Shown here: positions 1-12,172 of the stretch, piece after piece
Layout: every line of letters begins with the position of its first letter
Numbering within the stretch: the stretch's first letter is position 1
Source of the DNA: Acanthaster planci
Taxonomy: Eukaryota
NCBI RefSeq assembly: GCF_001949145.1
Contig: NW_019091361.1
Coordinates: 2,713,825-2,777,824 of the forward strand
Reading direction: 5' to 3'
Length of the DNA stretch: 64,000 nucleotides
The notes under the pieces: generated by a model
What the model was told of the DNA's origin: nothing
What the model saw: only the letters and a program-made list of their open reading frames with translations
Databases searched by the model: none
Position numbers and translations under genes: made by a program

Positions 1-736
1 GACAGTCAGAACAAATTAATCACTCCAGGGTTAGGTGTCCTGATGGGTCATGTAACTTCTTATTCAGCTCGTAACTTCCATGGGTTACAAATGATTAATG
101 CAGTCTGTGGGGTTCGCTTGGTCTTCTAGCTAGAAAATACTAGAGATTCATCTGTTACTCTCTGCCATGGCTTCAGGATAAAGTGTGTTCCTTGGCAGCA
201 AGTGCTTGGAAATGGTGCAAAATTTATATTACTGAAGTCAGAGACCCGAAATCAAGTCAAACAACTCTGCTGTTATGCAATGCTCAACTTCAAGCATTAA
301 CCACTTGCCTGCGGGTTCCCAATGCCGGGTACACTGGGTTTGTACCTTTAGGCGGGGTGCCCGAAATTGGACAAAGGAGCTGGGCCTTGTAACAATGACC
401 ATACTCGGGACAAAAGACTGAGCTGCTGGCAATTGCCATCATTTTTCAGCTGACATTAGCGGATGTAATTCGTCATTGTTTTGAAATAGTATACCACTGT
501 TTGCGGCATTCAGCACCCGCGGATTATCAGCGGGAACAAAAGTGCTCCAGCATTCAACAGATGAGTGATATAGAACCGCTGCAAGCAAATCTGACCGCAT
601 TTGAGAAGAAACCACTGGCATTCAGCAACACACTGGGCCAATTTCGGGAACAAACAAAATTACGCAACACCACACAATCTGGGCTCTCTTTACTGGGTGG
701 GAGGCCTGGCTGCAATACTTGGGTATCAATGGAGGT

Positions 737-905
737 TGCCTGTCAGATTAAAGTAGCCATCAGACAGTCATTTGTGCGGGTGTAAACATCCAGTAAATGA
801 AGTTATGAATTTTTGAAAAATTTTGAAAATGGAAAATTGTCCGGGAACTCGTCCCACATATGCAAATTCCACCCGGCAGGAAGTGGTTAAAGCTGCCCGG
901 CAAGC
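737..905. repeat. Interspersed repeat fragment; inverted homologue at ~27750-27925
   Basis: cctgtcagattaaagtagccatcagacagtcatttgtgcgggtgtaaacatcc...atgaatttttgaaaaattttgaaaa...cccggcaggaagtggtta aligns by eye with the reverse complement of 27750-27925. Confidence 0.65.
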
Positions 906-968
906 ACCGGCTGTACAACACCAAAGCACCACCCCAACCCTTGCTTGTAAGACCTGCCTCCAACCTAC

Positions 969-1194
969 CTCCTTATGCTCCAGTTTGTCAGCTGCTTCAA
1001 TGATTCTCTTGTAAACCTCTCCATTGGCAAAGAATCTCTCTGCGGCTGCTCCAGACTCAAAGAAGTGAGCAAAGCTCTCCTGCAAGTCGCTCAACGAGTT
1101 CAGCAGGGCGTGATCTTGGCTAGCACCTGGTTTGATGTCCAGCTTATCGAGGAGGGATATGGCAGACACTATCAAATCTGCATTAACGTTTAAT
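969..1194 (-). CDS. ADPGK: ADP-dependent glucokinase, second coding exon (gene continues beyond the left edge)
   Basis: Acceptor ttcttcag| at 1195-1196, donor GAG|gtaggt at 967-968. Translates LNVNADLIVSAISLLDKLDIKPGASQDHALLNSLSDLQESFAHFFESGAAAERFFANGEVYKRIIEAADKLEHKE, matching the animal ADPGK N-terminal region (DH..L....DL...F.HF...GAAAERFF). Phase 2 joins the upstream exon. Confidence 0.93.
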
Positions 1195-1514
1195 CTGAAG
1201 AAAACAGAACCGACGTGTATGCTATCACATGGGTAAGAATGAGTGACTTCCTCATTCTCTAATCTTCCAAACTGAAAAATCACTCGGTTTCGCTCTTAGT
1301 ACCCAGTGCTGAAATCAAAATAACCATGAGAAATTGAAGTGGTGTATCAAACCAAGCAGGTTACACATTGTTAAGATCTTGTCTTTGTTTTATTAACATT
1401 CAGGAAATGTTTGTAACCCGTGGAGCGAGTAAGGCTGGTATTATATTGATGGACATATTTTCTGCCCTCTGTGCCTTGTTTTAGCCCCTAAGTTACATGT
1501 AGATTCAACCTTAC

Positions 1515-1702
1515 CCAACAGCTACGCGCTTGACCTTGTTCATGGGTTCCTGGATAGTTCGCGCCCATGCCTGTACAATCTGGGCCTCAGCTGATGTGGT
1601 TGATCTGGCATTAAGGACGGTGTCAGAGGAGTTGAGATTGCAGTTGTATAGGTAAGCAGTGGCAACGAGTACAATAGCCAATATGAGTGGACTCCATTCC
1701 AT
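1515..1702 (-). CDS. ADPGK: ADP-dependent glucokinase, first coding exon (hydrophobic N-terminal signal/anchor)
   Basis: ATG at 1702 directly after an acceptor (ttctgttatgtcag|gATG), donor GG|gtaagg at 1513-1514. MEWSPLILAIVLVATAYLY...AQIVQAWARTIQEPMNKVKRVAVG resembles the ADPGK AW..LI.P....RRVAVG motif. The acceptor implies an upstream non-coding exon. Confidence 0.9.
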
Positions 1703-2547
1703 CCTGACATAACAGAAAAAATGGAAATTATTCAAGATTCAAACGGAGAAACTAGTTTTGGAGAAAATCCACTTGGACTTTAACAAACTTCATTTTGCAA
1801 TTGCAAACATGAGTGAGCCGTATTCCATTTCAAGGTAACTGTGGAAAAAGAAAAACAAGGTTCAGTTGGACAGTGTATTTTTGAAGGAGCTCAAATTTAA
1901 ATTCAAAACTAGAGGAATGTGGTTGTGAACAACCACAGAGCTGCTTCAGATTCAGAGAGTTTTTTAAACATCATTTGTATATTTTGTGAACAATTTGATT
2001 CCGAGAAGAAAAATCTTTCAAAAGGGTTGATCCCACAGTCCCAGTCATCGGACCAGTCCTTGCTTTTTTCTAAGACCACAGATGTTGGAACTAGCACGCA
2101 CTGCATGACACAGGGCAATTCCTCACGTGTGCCCTGGTAGCGGCTGCAAGTGTGTGTACATGTGTAGTATGCACCAAATTGAGGGCAAAGGTCACCGTGT
2201 ACACAAATTATATCAGACGCTCATCCTTGCAAATATATTACTTTACACTTGGCTCTTAAATACAAATCACGCTAATCGGCACATACATGTATATCTCAAA
2301 TTGGTGAATTGAAATTAACTGTTTTTCTGCATAATTTGAAAGTAATTGGACTTAAGCTCCAGAAATTATGACAGGAGGACAGTAGTAGTATGCATGCAAA
2401 TTCGTATACGTATAAATCATGAAAAACTAATAAAAAATTAATAAATGAAATCATGATGACGTCACTTCAGAAATGTAATCACAGATTGAGTGTTAACGTA
2501 CTGAGTGAATTTCATAACAATCAGACATTTAGTTAAGGATTTTTTTT

Positions 2548-2657
2548 GCGGTTACACCATGTACAATATTCTCTTTTATGAGTATGTGTGGTTCTGAGAA
2601 GAACCGCTTTTACTCAACGTTTCGGAACAGTATACTCTGTCCGTCGTCAGGAGACTG
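2548..2657 (-). mobile_element. Penelope-like element terminal fragment containing a minimal hammerhead ribozyme motif
   Basis: Minus strand reads ctc-CTGACGA-c-GGACAG-agtata-CTGTTCC-GAAA-CG-TT-gag. The adjacent gcggttacaccatg...ggttctgagaagaaccg segment resembles 14455-14517. Confidence 0.6.
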
Positions 2658-5507
2658 CTTGAATCCAACTTGAGTGTGGCTTTATATGCTTTATAGACAT
2701 TGCCTAATATGTAGAATTAAAAATCATACGTATGCATATTATGGTGACTTCATTATGACATCACAAGATTTTCCAACAAATGGATCTAACACTGTAGACC
2801 TGCTGGAGGTCTAGCAAAAGAATTGGAAAATTATTTTGTTTAGGAGGTATGTCAAAACGAATGTCAAAATGACAAAACTTAAAAATTGTCAAAAAATCAG
2901 GTGGTGAGGTCATCATGACGTAACTCAAATTTTCACATACAAATGTACAACACATTTGCATTTGTTTTTGTGCAAAATTTCACCAAGTAGGACAAAATGG
3001 TTCCAGGGATACAAGCCCGAAAAGAATTCAACTTTGTGGGTTTTTCATGGGACAAGTGATGACGTCATCATGACGGATATCTTCTAGGACCATCCTTGGA
3101 TGGTGGTCTAAGTTATTGTTACAAATTGGATTTTTTCTCAATCCTCGTGTCACTATTCCATGGGATATTTCATTTTTTTCAGTCAGCTTTCATGACCTGA
3201 CCTAAAGCATGTTTCTCTTAATCCTATTAACACCAACTTGGGTACTTTGGAGAAGTTCTTTATGCCCAAAAATCTGGTCTTCTGGCGCGGGTCATGTTTT
3301 GACTTGGTAAAAATCACCCTATCCCCCATCCTCCCACCAGGTGCACTGACGTACTTATAAATGGGTATTGTGCAATCATGCATTTTTCGCCCTCTTAATT
3401 CCAATGTTTTCTCAAAAAAAACAAACTACAGACTGTCTGTGACATTGTTCATTGTTAGAACTGTAGAAAAAGAAGGACATTTTGAAGGGTTTCTGTTCCT
3501 GTCTCTTAAAACATGTCCTATACTTCACCGTTGTGAGAATGAAAACAATAGCAGCTTCGGCAGTGTAGCCAAAGCAGGACCCAAATTTTACTACGAAAGC
3601 AAGAGTAACACAAGATAAAAACACTGCATCATCTCATCTTTTCTTTTTTAAACAAATCAATTATTCACAGTGTCAAGGGGGAAATTACATGTGACATGAA
3701 TTTTCCATTTTCAAACATTCTTAACTGACTTTGGTGTTCGTTTCTAGAGGGAAATACCAGTAAATAACCAAGACATGATTGTAGTATTTGCATGTGCTCA
3801 TTTTTGTTGGGGAAAAAATGCTCAATACCATGCACTTGTGTGTGTGAGTTTGTTTCTGCATGCAATTGGGGACCCTGAACAATAGAGGACAATAAGGTCC
3901 CTGATTGACAGAGGGTCCCCGATGGACAACTGTGTACAAAACATATGGGTGGTCTTCTAAAAAAGTTAAAGTACAAATAAAAGAGGAACAATAGGATGTC
4001 CCAAGTTGCAGGCAAATACACACTTACATGTGTGTGTGTGGGGGGAGGGGGTTCCGTACCTTCACAGCTTCGTTGAGATCAGTGTTGATATTTAAACCTG
4101 GCAACGATCAAAGCACAAAGGGTCTACTCTCATGCCCATCACTGAGGGACAAGGACCTGTTCTCATTAAGGATTCTTGATACTGGCTCTCTATGCTCTAC
4201 ATGCACAGTGCCTATGTTATGACTGGTCATCAATAGTGGTGGGCTCAAGATGAATAAAGAATGGAGTACATTGCAGCCGGTGTTTGATGTACATGTATGA
4301 AGATTTATTTGAATAATTCGTCAAAATCATCATTCAATTCTGCAAAGAACAAAAACGGATATACTTTTGAGTGGCATACTTTTGAGTGACTATGCATTAA
4401 ATCAAGCCGAGCCATCTGGATAAATCATTACTGGTAAAATTGTTGCAACAAAGTCGTTTCATCTAACAAACAAAATTATGATCTTAATAATAATGATCCA
4501 ATCGTTACAATGTGTGTGTCATATCGAACAGAAGATTCAACTTTGCTACTGTGACTGGATACAACATCCATCAGTTCAGCAACAACTTGCAGTTCGTTCA
4601 ACAGATGCAGTTCACAACAGATGCAGTTGAGCTGGATGACCTTAGATTTACAATTGATATTAATCTAACGGGAAATTGTAGACATTAACTGCCATAAAAC
4701 CGACATCAACAAGGTTCAATATGTAACAGTCAAAGAGTCCAATCAACAATCAATTGCTCCGGAACAGTCATTTTGTACTTTACAGGTTAATTAAATCACG
4801 GTCGGAAACTCTTCGAGTCAATGTACTCGTATATACTAAAAAGGAAAATATTTACATAAATCAATATGCTATGGAGGATAAGCACACAGAGTTCAACAAT
4901 ACCGGTGCATAGATTTTACAGTGCTTACCTTAGAGACTTTAAATTACTCGAGAAAACAGTAAATTGGCTAAGGTTTAGCCCAGTACAACAAAAAAAATGA
5001 ATTAAGTTCTGATATTTTGTTCTAAAGAGAATTAGTAACAGCGTCATGCCCCGCTAGCGTTGTGCGTAATGTCATACATGTCCAGCAGTGGGTGTAACAG
5101 ATCGAAACAAAGAGGTTAACAGTTACTGGCAAACAATTTGAAACAAAAGATTTTCAGCTGCCAAGCCTTTGGATTGCTATTCACAGATCATTGAGCATGC
5201 AAGTAACTGTCTGAGGTTTCCTCCATTCTCCAAGCAAATGATTTGTGGTTTACAAGGAGGTTTGTTCTGTTTGACACTTCCTGCATCAGTTAAGCCTTCT
5301 GGCAAACACAGCTCTTCAGCTGGAAAGCCTTTATATTGCTATTCACAATTCACTGACTGTCTGAGGTATCCTCTAAGTAAATGAAAGGTCTAAATGTTAT
5401 GTCAGATATTTTGAAAAATTGGACTTTGTTTCGCTATTTATTAAAGGAACAGGGTGCTAAAGGTAAGGGATGCCTTTGTCATACATGTCATGCTTGATGA
5501 GATTTTG

Positions 5508-6220
5508 GGTCAGCTCATACCCGAGTTAACTCGTACCCTGGTCAACTCGTCCGCAGTCAACTCATACCCTGGTCAACTCGTACCCAGTCAACTTGTACCC
5601 TCAAAGAAAACACGCGTTTGTAACCCAAACAGATTACGATATTTTGTCTGCCTTTTTTTACGATAATTTTTCTTCTCCTTTTTCCTGTTTTTCTCACTGT
5701 TTGGACAATGTCAGATTCTAGGGACGTTTATTCATATATATGTATCATTCAAATGGTGAAACTCGCAAGCGTGGTCCCACAAAGAAAAAGCGGGATGAAT
5801 AATTTTATTTTAATAATTTAATTTTGATTCCAATACTATCCGTTTTTTGTTGTGCAGGGACCAAATTACGGAAATTTCCCATCCCAGGCGACCGTGATTG
5901 GTTACAAAAGAAAAAGAACGACAAGGAAAATAATCTCTTTTATTAATCATCAAACAAACAGCAGGCAGATCTATCTCTTTTTTGAAGATGGATTGACTCT
6001 GAAAGAGCCGGTTGGTCGCCATTCTCGTTCCACTCCCAGAGCTTGAATACACGGATACTTGGTGTCCTCTTGATGATAAGCTATACTAGGATCGTTGAAT
6101 TTCTAAAGACGGTTGGCATCAAAACCCATATTGACCTGGGTACAAGTTAACTTGGGTGCATATTTTTGGGTAGAAGTTGACCAAGGTACGACTACGAGTT
6201 AACCTGGGTACGAGTTGAGC
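5508..6220. mobile_element. MITE-like element with inverted arrays of a ~15-bp GTCAACTCGTACCC unit
   Basis: About six tandem gtcaactc(g/a)taccc units at 5508-5600 and their reverse complements (gggtacgagttga) at 6131-6220. Related units at 7813-7843 and 8412-8457. Confidence 0.7.
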
Positions 6221-6373
6221 TATTTCACCTCATGATATATGCAGTATGCATAGGCTTAATTTCCTACAAATGATGCAAGACATGCCAGAGCCTAGGGTGT
6301 GCCAATATGTCCATCATGCCCAAGTCCCAGTTTCATCTCCATGCCCTCCACATACATGTAATCTGATTAAACT

Positions 6374-6720
6374 TGTTAAGCCCCAACTATAGCATAAGTC
6401 CCAACTATAGTTGGGACAGTCCCAACTGTAGTGCTGCAGTTGGGCTGGCCCAACCATTGTTGACCAATGTCTGTGGGAAATGTCTCAACATTATCCAAGT
6501 CAATGTGTCTCACACTCGACACAATTCATCAAAAATGTGGCACTTACATGTAGCCCTATGACCAATGACATGACATTTGTAAACAATATGACTTTGGCAC
6601 ATGCTGGGCACATCATGCACACAGGAGCTCTCTGCTGTAGTTGGGCCGGCCCAACTGTAGCATTCTAGTTAGGACGGGCCCAACTATAGTTGGGACTGAT
6701 GCTACAGTTGGGGCGTAACA
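6374..6720. mobile_element. MITE with ~41-bp terminal inverted repeats (CCCAACTAYAGTTGGG family), copy 1
   Basis: Left end tgttaagccccaactatagcataagtcccaactatagttgg; right end reverse complement tgttacgccccaactgtagcatcagtcccaactatagttgg. A homologous inverted copy lies at 17214-17515. No clear TSD. Confidence 0.85.
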
Positions 6721-7304
6721 ATGTTGTTCACGGTGTTTCTGGGATCTCAAAAATTCTTTGGAGAAAATAACACATCTCAGTGAGGTGGGGCCTCAGAGAA
6801 TTGGTGTTGGGCATGTTGTAAAACATCAGACTTTCTTTATACTAGCTTCCCTTCATTATTATTACATGTATCTCAAAAGCAGCCTATCAAAAACTATTTT
6901 GTGGTCTGACTCAAGGCCTAGGTCATGTTGATAAGGCCTACGTGAGAAGGCCTAGGCCTAAGTCATGTAAGTTAAGTCAGTTGTTCTGCTAGCAAATATC
7001 TACCACCGTCTACCGGTACATGTAGGGCCTACCTGGGTTAGGGATTTGCCTTCAATCTTGCTGCACACAATGCCGCCGCTACCGGTGCGGAACGTCGTGG
7101 CCTTGACCTGTTCTCCTCAGCTCCAGTTCTAGGGTTTCGTACATGTATAACCCTTGATCTGTGCGCTGCTGGCGCGGCGCCCCTCACATTGCATGTCCGC
7201 ATCGACCGGCCGACCATACATATACATGTACGTGTGATTGCATAAATTTTTTTTATCTCAAATTTAATAAAGCGCTGGCGCAAAGGTGATGGGTCGAAGT
7301 TGAA

Positions 7305-7316
7305 CAAGATGGCGGC
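7305..7316 (+). promoter_or_regulatory. YY1-type motif CAAGATGGCGGC overlapping the metaxin start codon
   Basis: Exact 12-mer match to the established YY1 consensus, in a CpG-rich promoter region. Confidence 0.55.
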
Positions 7317-7434
7317 GAGCTCGGAGAGCAAAGACATGATTGTGAATGATGGGCCCAAGAAAACGATAGAATTTGACTGTTGGAAAGGGGACTGGGGGCT
7401 ACCTTCCGTTGATGTGAAGTGCCTTAATGTTTTG
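7309..7434 (+). CDS. MTX1: Metaxin-1/3-like, exon 1
   Basis: MAASSESKDMIVNDGPKKTIEFDCWKGDWGLPSVDVKCLNVL contains the metaxin CW.G.WGLPSVD motif. Donor TTG|gtaaga. Probably co-orthologous to vertebrate MTX1/MTX3. Confidence 0.95.
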
Positions 7435-9825
7435 GTAAGACGGTGCATTTTTCTTTAAAATCTTCTCAACATAAAGTAATTTTTGATTTCTCTATTTAAC
7501 AGCTACGCCGACCATGCCGACAAGCATGTGATCTGACCATCTGACTAAGTCTGAGGCGTGTTGTAGAAACAAGTAAACACCGTCGCCCATATCATGTTGG
7601 CTATGTTTTATAGCATGGGCATGTCATGCCATGGGTCTCTTACTACCTCCATGGTCAGAGTTAGTGACAGTGGTCATGATGATGGTTAAGCAGTTTAGTG
7701 TCATGAATTTATGAATAATGTTAACATGGTTAACCATGTTCCTAGCGATGGTTAAATAGGCCTAGGCCTACATGTAGGCCTATGCGGTGTTTGCATGGTT
7801 TGGATGGAAATGGGTCAAGTCGTCCCAGGGTCAAGTCGTCCCCTATGAATTTTCTATGAATCTATGAATTTCCTTTTCTTTTTAGGTACATCAACACGAA
7901 GAAGAGAAAAAGAAACAAGACAGAGACTCGTACATATACATGTACTCATTCATTCACAATTTTCATTCTTCTATGCAGCTAGCTAGCTGGTGACTTTAGA
8001 AATCTATGGTGGCAGAGACGTGCCACACAAGATATTTATTAAAAGGGCGATTCCTGGTGTGTGCCAATGTAGCACATAGGCCTATTCTGTGAACTGTCAA
8101 AGCAATTTGAACATCCTTAAATTTCAAATCTTCCAGTAGTCATTTCCAGTATATTTGAATATTATTTTCTAAAATCAGTATGAATGAATGGAAATGAATT
8201 TTTACTTATTTTTAATACACTATAACTAGGAAAATCAGGTTGTTTTAAGAGGTTTAAGTTGGTTTTGTTCATTATTTATTATTTTGTTCATTATTCTTAT
8301 AATGGATAATAGAATGGTGGAGAAGTAATTTAACAAGTTCTTTGCTCTTCATTCTTCGAAGAACGTTTGAAGAATGTACGGGCGGCTGTTTCTGCTCTGG
8401 GAGCACTGCCTGTCAACTCATCCCAGAGTCAACTCGTCCCCTAGTCAAGTTGTCCTCTGTATAAATAATTACATCATAATTATAATTTTACTGCAGTAAG
8501 TTCCCACATACCACTGAAAAATTATGCAAATATATGACCTTTGACCTTGCTTTGCAAAAATCCATATTTTTAAGTTCGTAATGTATTTTGAACTGTTAGA
8601 CCTGGATTTAAAAACAGATAACATTATGACCCCATGTAAAGTAAAATTGCCAAATGAAAAGGTACAAGGAGGTGCCTTAAGGCTTCAAGCAATAGCATTT
8701 GTTATAAAGCAATGCAACATTTGTTCTTTCACATATTTCATCAGGTTCATATTTATTCATTGCAAGAGTGGACACCATGGACAGTTTTTTGGACACTGAA
8801 TCTGTACAATGCCTATAGACCTATCACAGCCCAGGTTTTATGAAGTTTTCATATACATTGTTAGTTACAATCTAAATGAAGTGTCAATCAATACCATTAT
8901 GATCCACAAAAGCAGGCCCTTTCATGGCAAAACATACACTGCCCGGCATTTGAAAAAAATTTTTGAGGGGGATTGGTAGGTTGGAATGGCTTTTTGTATA
9001 TAGTTTGCCATTACATAATGTTTTTCATCATAATGCTGGTATCCTCAAGTACCTGTACATTTACAATTGTAATTCCAGAAATTAGGGGTTCATTTTTTTG
9101 TGTGTCCCTGTCACATCTGACATGATTTTGTAAGTTCAGAATACATTTTAAAATTTCCAAGAATGATGAATTAATGCAAATTACCTGCCAAACAAATAGT
9201 AATAGGTTGAAATCGGTTCTGGTGATATTTCCATTAAACAAAGGTCAGATGGAAAATATCACACTTTTGGACCCTTAATTTCTGGAATTACCCACGAAAT
9301 TAGCCCAAACACAATGTGGTAGGCATATATGAAATCCCCATTCCACATCAGGTGACCATGTTGCCTAGTGGCTGAATGTTTGGACTCATAATTCCAGCGC
9401 CTTCAGTGTACAGTTGCTCTGTGTTGGTACAACTGACATGACTGATGGCGGATGCATGACCAGTCATAGTAACTGCAGGTGCAGCAGGATCAGTGCAGTT
9501 TTTACCGACTCATCTGGTATACACATTGAGGTTCATGTAGGACACATTATCTGGATTTTGGAGTCACTGAACTGGGACTTACTTAAGTCAGATGTGTTGC
9601 ATATTTATTAATTGCCATGTATGTTTGGCTCTCACAGCTGCTTTTTTTCCATTTTGTATTTGTTTCTGTTTTTTGGGGGGAGGGTTATGGGAGCAGTTTA
9701 ATTATTCTTTAGATTTTTAAGATTTTAAGTTCAATTCAATGCCCTCATATACTTTCAGACCCTGTTCTGTGGCGTTTAAAGCAGATAGGTTCAGTAATTT
9801 AATCCCTTTGGTTACGATTTGACAG

Positions 9826-9895
9826 ACCTATGCACAGTTTGCTGGTGCTTCTCTGAGGGTTCACAAGAACAGATTTCTATGGCAGAATCTTGCAG
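9826..9895 (+). CDS. MTX1: Metaxin-1/3-like, exon 2
   Basis: gacag|ACC...GCA G|gtaggt; TYAQFAGASLRVHKNRFLWQNLA, similar to metaxin-1 TYARF.GAPLKVHK. Confidence 0.93.
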
Positions 9896-10608
9896 GTAGG
9901 TGCAAGTACAACGTGTGTTTTCAAAACTCCAGATCCAAACTAGAAGCAGTGTCGAGAATTCCGACGAGGTTTTTAAAGTCCTGTTCAATCAGATTATATT
10001 TCAGGGCACCCCACGTATAGCAAAATCTGGAAGGGGTAAAGCTTGACTCCTGTTGAGTTCAACATAAACGCGAAGCTTGGATGAAAAATCTTTTGCTCAC
10101 TACTGACATCAGATGAGATTTAAACAGGCTGTTGTCACCGAGTGGATTTTGCTAAATTCAGAAAAGAGAGTCAATGAATATCGTACAGAGGTTTCTCACC
10201 CCTTCAAGAAGGGTTATTGCAGTGTTTTATGGCAACAACTGCACCTGTACCTTTCTTAGTTGCTCCAACCCTCCACGTGCTGTTGTTTGCCAACCTTTCT
10301 ACTGTTGTAACTGACAAACCGCTTCGACTCGTTGGTTCATTGTAAAAAACCTTTGTCTGGGAAAAGGTCCCGCTAGTACTCAAATGTATTAAACGTACAT
10401 GTAGGCATTCATCATTAATTGCTCAATTTAAAAAAGTTTAACTAAGAGCAGTGGGAACTTTTTTTTTCAGACAAAGTCTAACTATTTATCAAGACTCCTG
10501 AGGGTTGGACACATTCACCGCTTTCATATGAGGGCCTTTTTTCTTTTCAAAATTTAAAACCTATGCACTGTGTTCATTTTGATGGGTGATTTGTGCCTTT
10601 GATAGCAG

Positions 10609-10778
10609 CTCATCTCCCGATGCTCCATGCCGGTGAAGGAGTCGTGAGATCGGACACAGAAGCCATTCAGTACCTGAAAGAGACCCAGGCAAACTTGGAC
10701 GGGGACTTGACCGATCAGCAGCGAGCCGACAGCTTGGCGCTCAAGGCACTGATGGAAGAGAAGTACCTGCCTGGACTG
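10609..10778 (+). CDS. MTX1: Metaxin-1/3-like, exon 3 (alternative start at 10606 via NAGNAG)
   Basis: tagcag| acceptor, CTG|gtgagt donor; HLPMLHAGEGVVRSDTEAIQYLKETQANLDGDLTDQQRADSLALKALMEEKYLPGL. Confidence 0.93.
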
Positions 10779-11272
10779 GTGAGTGGTCCCAAGGTGTTGG
10801 GATTCAGTGAAAACTGCAATGGCTTACAAATTCAGTAATTCACACCTTCAATTCAGTGACGTACTGCTCCCATTCACTCAGTGCTCCTCCAGAGCTGATT
10901 CTCTCTTGACGTCATTAGACAATTTCATTAATGTCACACATCTGTCCTTTTTGGCAAAGAAATTGCCTTGACATTGTGAAATAAACAGTTTACAAATTAC
11001 AAAACTGGTGGTGCTATGTGAAAAACACTATGTTCTCTATCCTGTTCTTGATTAAGTCACCCTGAATAGACCACTGTTTCAAGTTTAATAGTCCCATGCA
11101 GTCTGAGAGAACATGGATCACAGCTATGTGCATGCAGTCCAACCATAGCAGTGTATTGCTTCTGCCAAAACCTAACAACAATTCTACATTGTGGAAAGAT
11201 TAAACCTGCCTTTAAGGAATACTTTAACGTGATATAAAATCATCATGATGTCCGACCAATGTTGTTTTTTAG

Positions 11273-11452
11273 CTTCACGCCTGGTGGGTTGATGCTAAGA
11301 ACTATGTAGAGTTGATCCGTCCATGGTACGCCAAAGCCTTGCAGTTCCCGCTTAACTACTTCGTTCCTGGCCGGTTAAAGCGAGCCGCTGAAAGGAGGGT
11401 GGAGGTCACACGAGGAGGAGAGCACATGGAGGCTGAAGAAATTACTAGCAGA
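11273..11452 (+). CDS. MTX1: Metaxin-1/3-like, exon 4
   Basis: ttttttag| ... AGA|gtaaga; LHAWWVDAKNYVELIRPWYAKALQFPLNYFVPGRLKR matches the metaxin W.D..NY....R.WYA....FPLN.F.PGR motif. Confidence 0.95.
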
Positions 11453-12095
11453 GTAAGAACACAGCAGTGTGGACGTAGACCTCAACAGAGCTGTCCATTA
11501 TACAAACTGAGTGGCGTAGCCCTGGGAGGGGGGCAACTCTCCCCCATGGGAACTCTTAGCCCCCATGTTGCCCCCGTACCCCTACCACTGAGTAGAGCAT
11601 GGCTGCCCTATTCATCTATACTGATTGCTTTTAGCTTAGTTTTGCTTGGCACATCTAGCTTGCCTTGTCATCCCTCAAAATTAAAAAGTTATCAACAATC
11701 CAGAGTAATTTCCGCAAGTATTGTATTCTTGTCTAAAAGTTTTTGCTTCAAAAGCACATCTGCCGTGCAGTCCCCTGACGCTGATGATTTTTTTAAATAT
11801 ACGATCTGTTGAAGCAATTGCATAAAGATCAATCTTCCATAGATATCAGGGCATGTGAATACAAAATTGTTGACATTTTGACAAAACACCGGCACACATC
11901 TTCCTTTTTTAAAACATTGTATACTGTAAACAGACTCTCATGTACAGCCAGAAAACTGACTGGCATTCCACCAACAGTCAATTGTGCATAATGCTGTTGG
12001 TATTGCAACTTTAGTGAGAATTACATTCAATGTACATGTAATACTGGTACATGTAGTAGACCTAATGGTGCATACTGACATGATGAACCCTACAG

Positions 12096-12172
12096 GTGTA
12101 CAGTGATGCCAAGGAATGTATAAATCTACTGTCTGAAAAACTTGGTGATGAGGACTTCTTCTTTGGTCCTGT
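12096..12172 (+). CDS. MTX1: Metaxin-1/3-like, exon 5
   Basis: ctacag| ... GT|gtaagt; VYSDAKECINLLSEKLGDEDFFFGP (GST-C-like domain). Confidence 0.95.

Noticed and set aside
1..960. Search for the next ADPGK exon (expected GGNAAL motif)
   Set aside because: Not found on the minus strand; presumably outside the window.
768..968. C-terminal part of the 171-aa minus ORF
   Set aside because: Intron read-through past the ADPGK donor at 968; overlaps a repeat.
7038..7448. 136-aa minus ORF
   Set aside because: Antisense shadow of metaxin exon 1 and its GC-rich promoter; no recognisable protein.
9352..9410. tRNA-like sequence (A-box tgcctagtgg); also a B-box gttcgattcc at ~33720
   Set aside because: No complete cloverleaf; best explained as decayed tRNA-derived SINE fragments.
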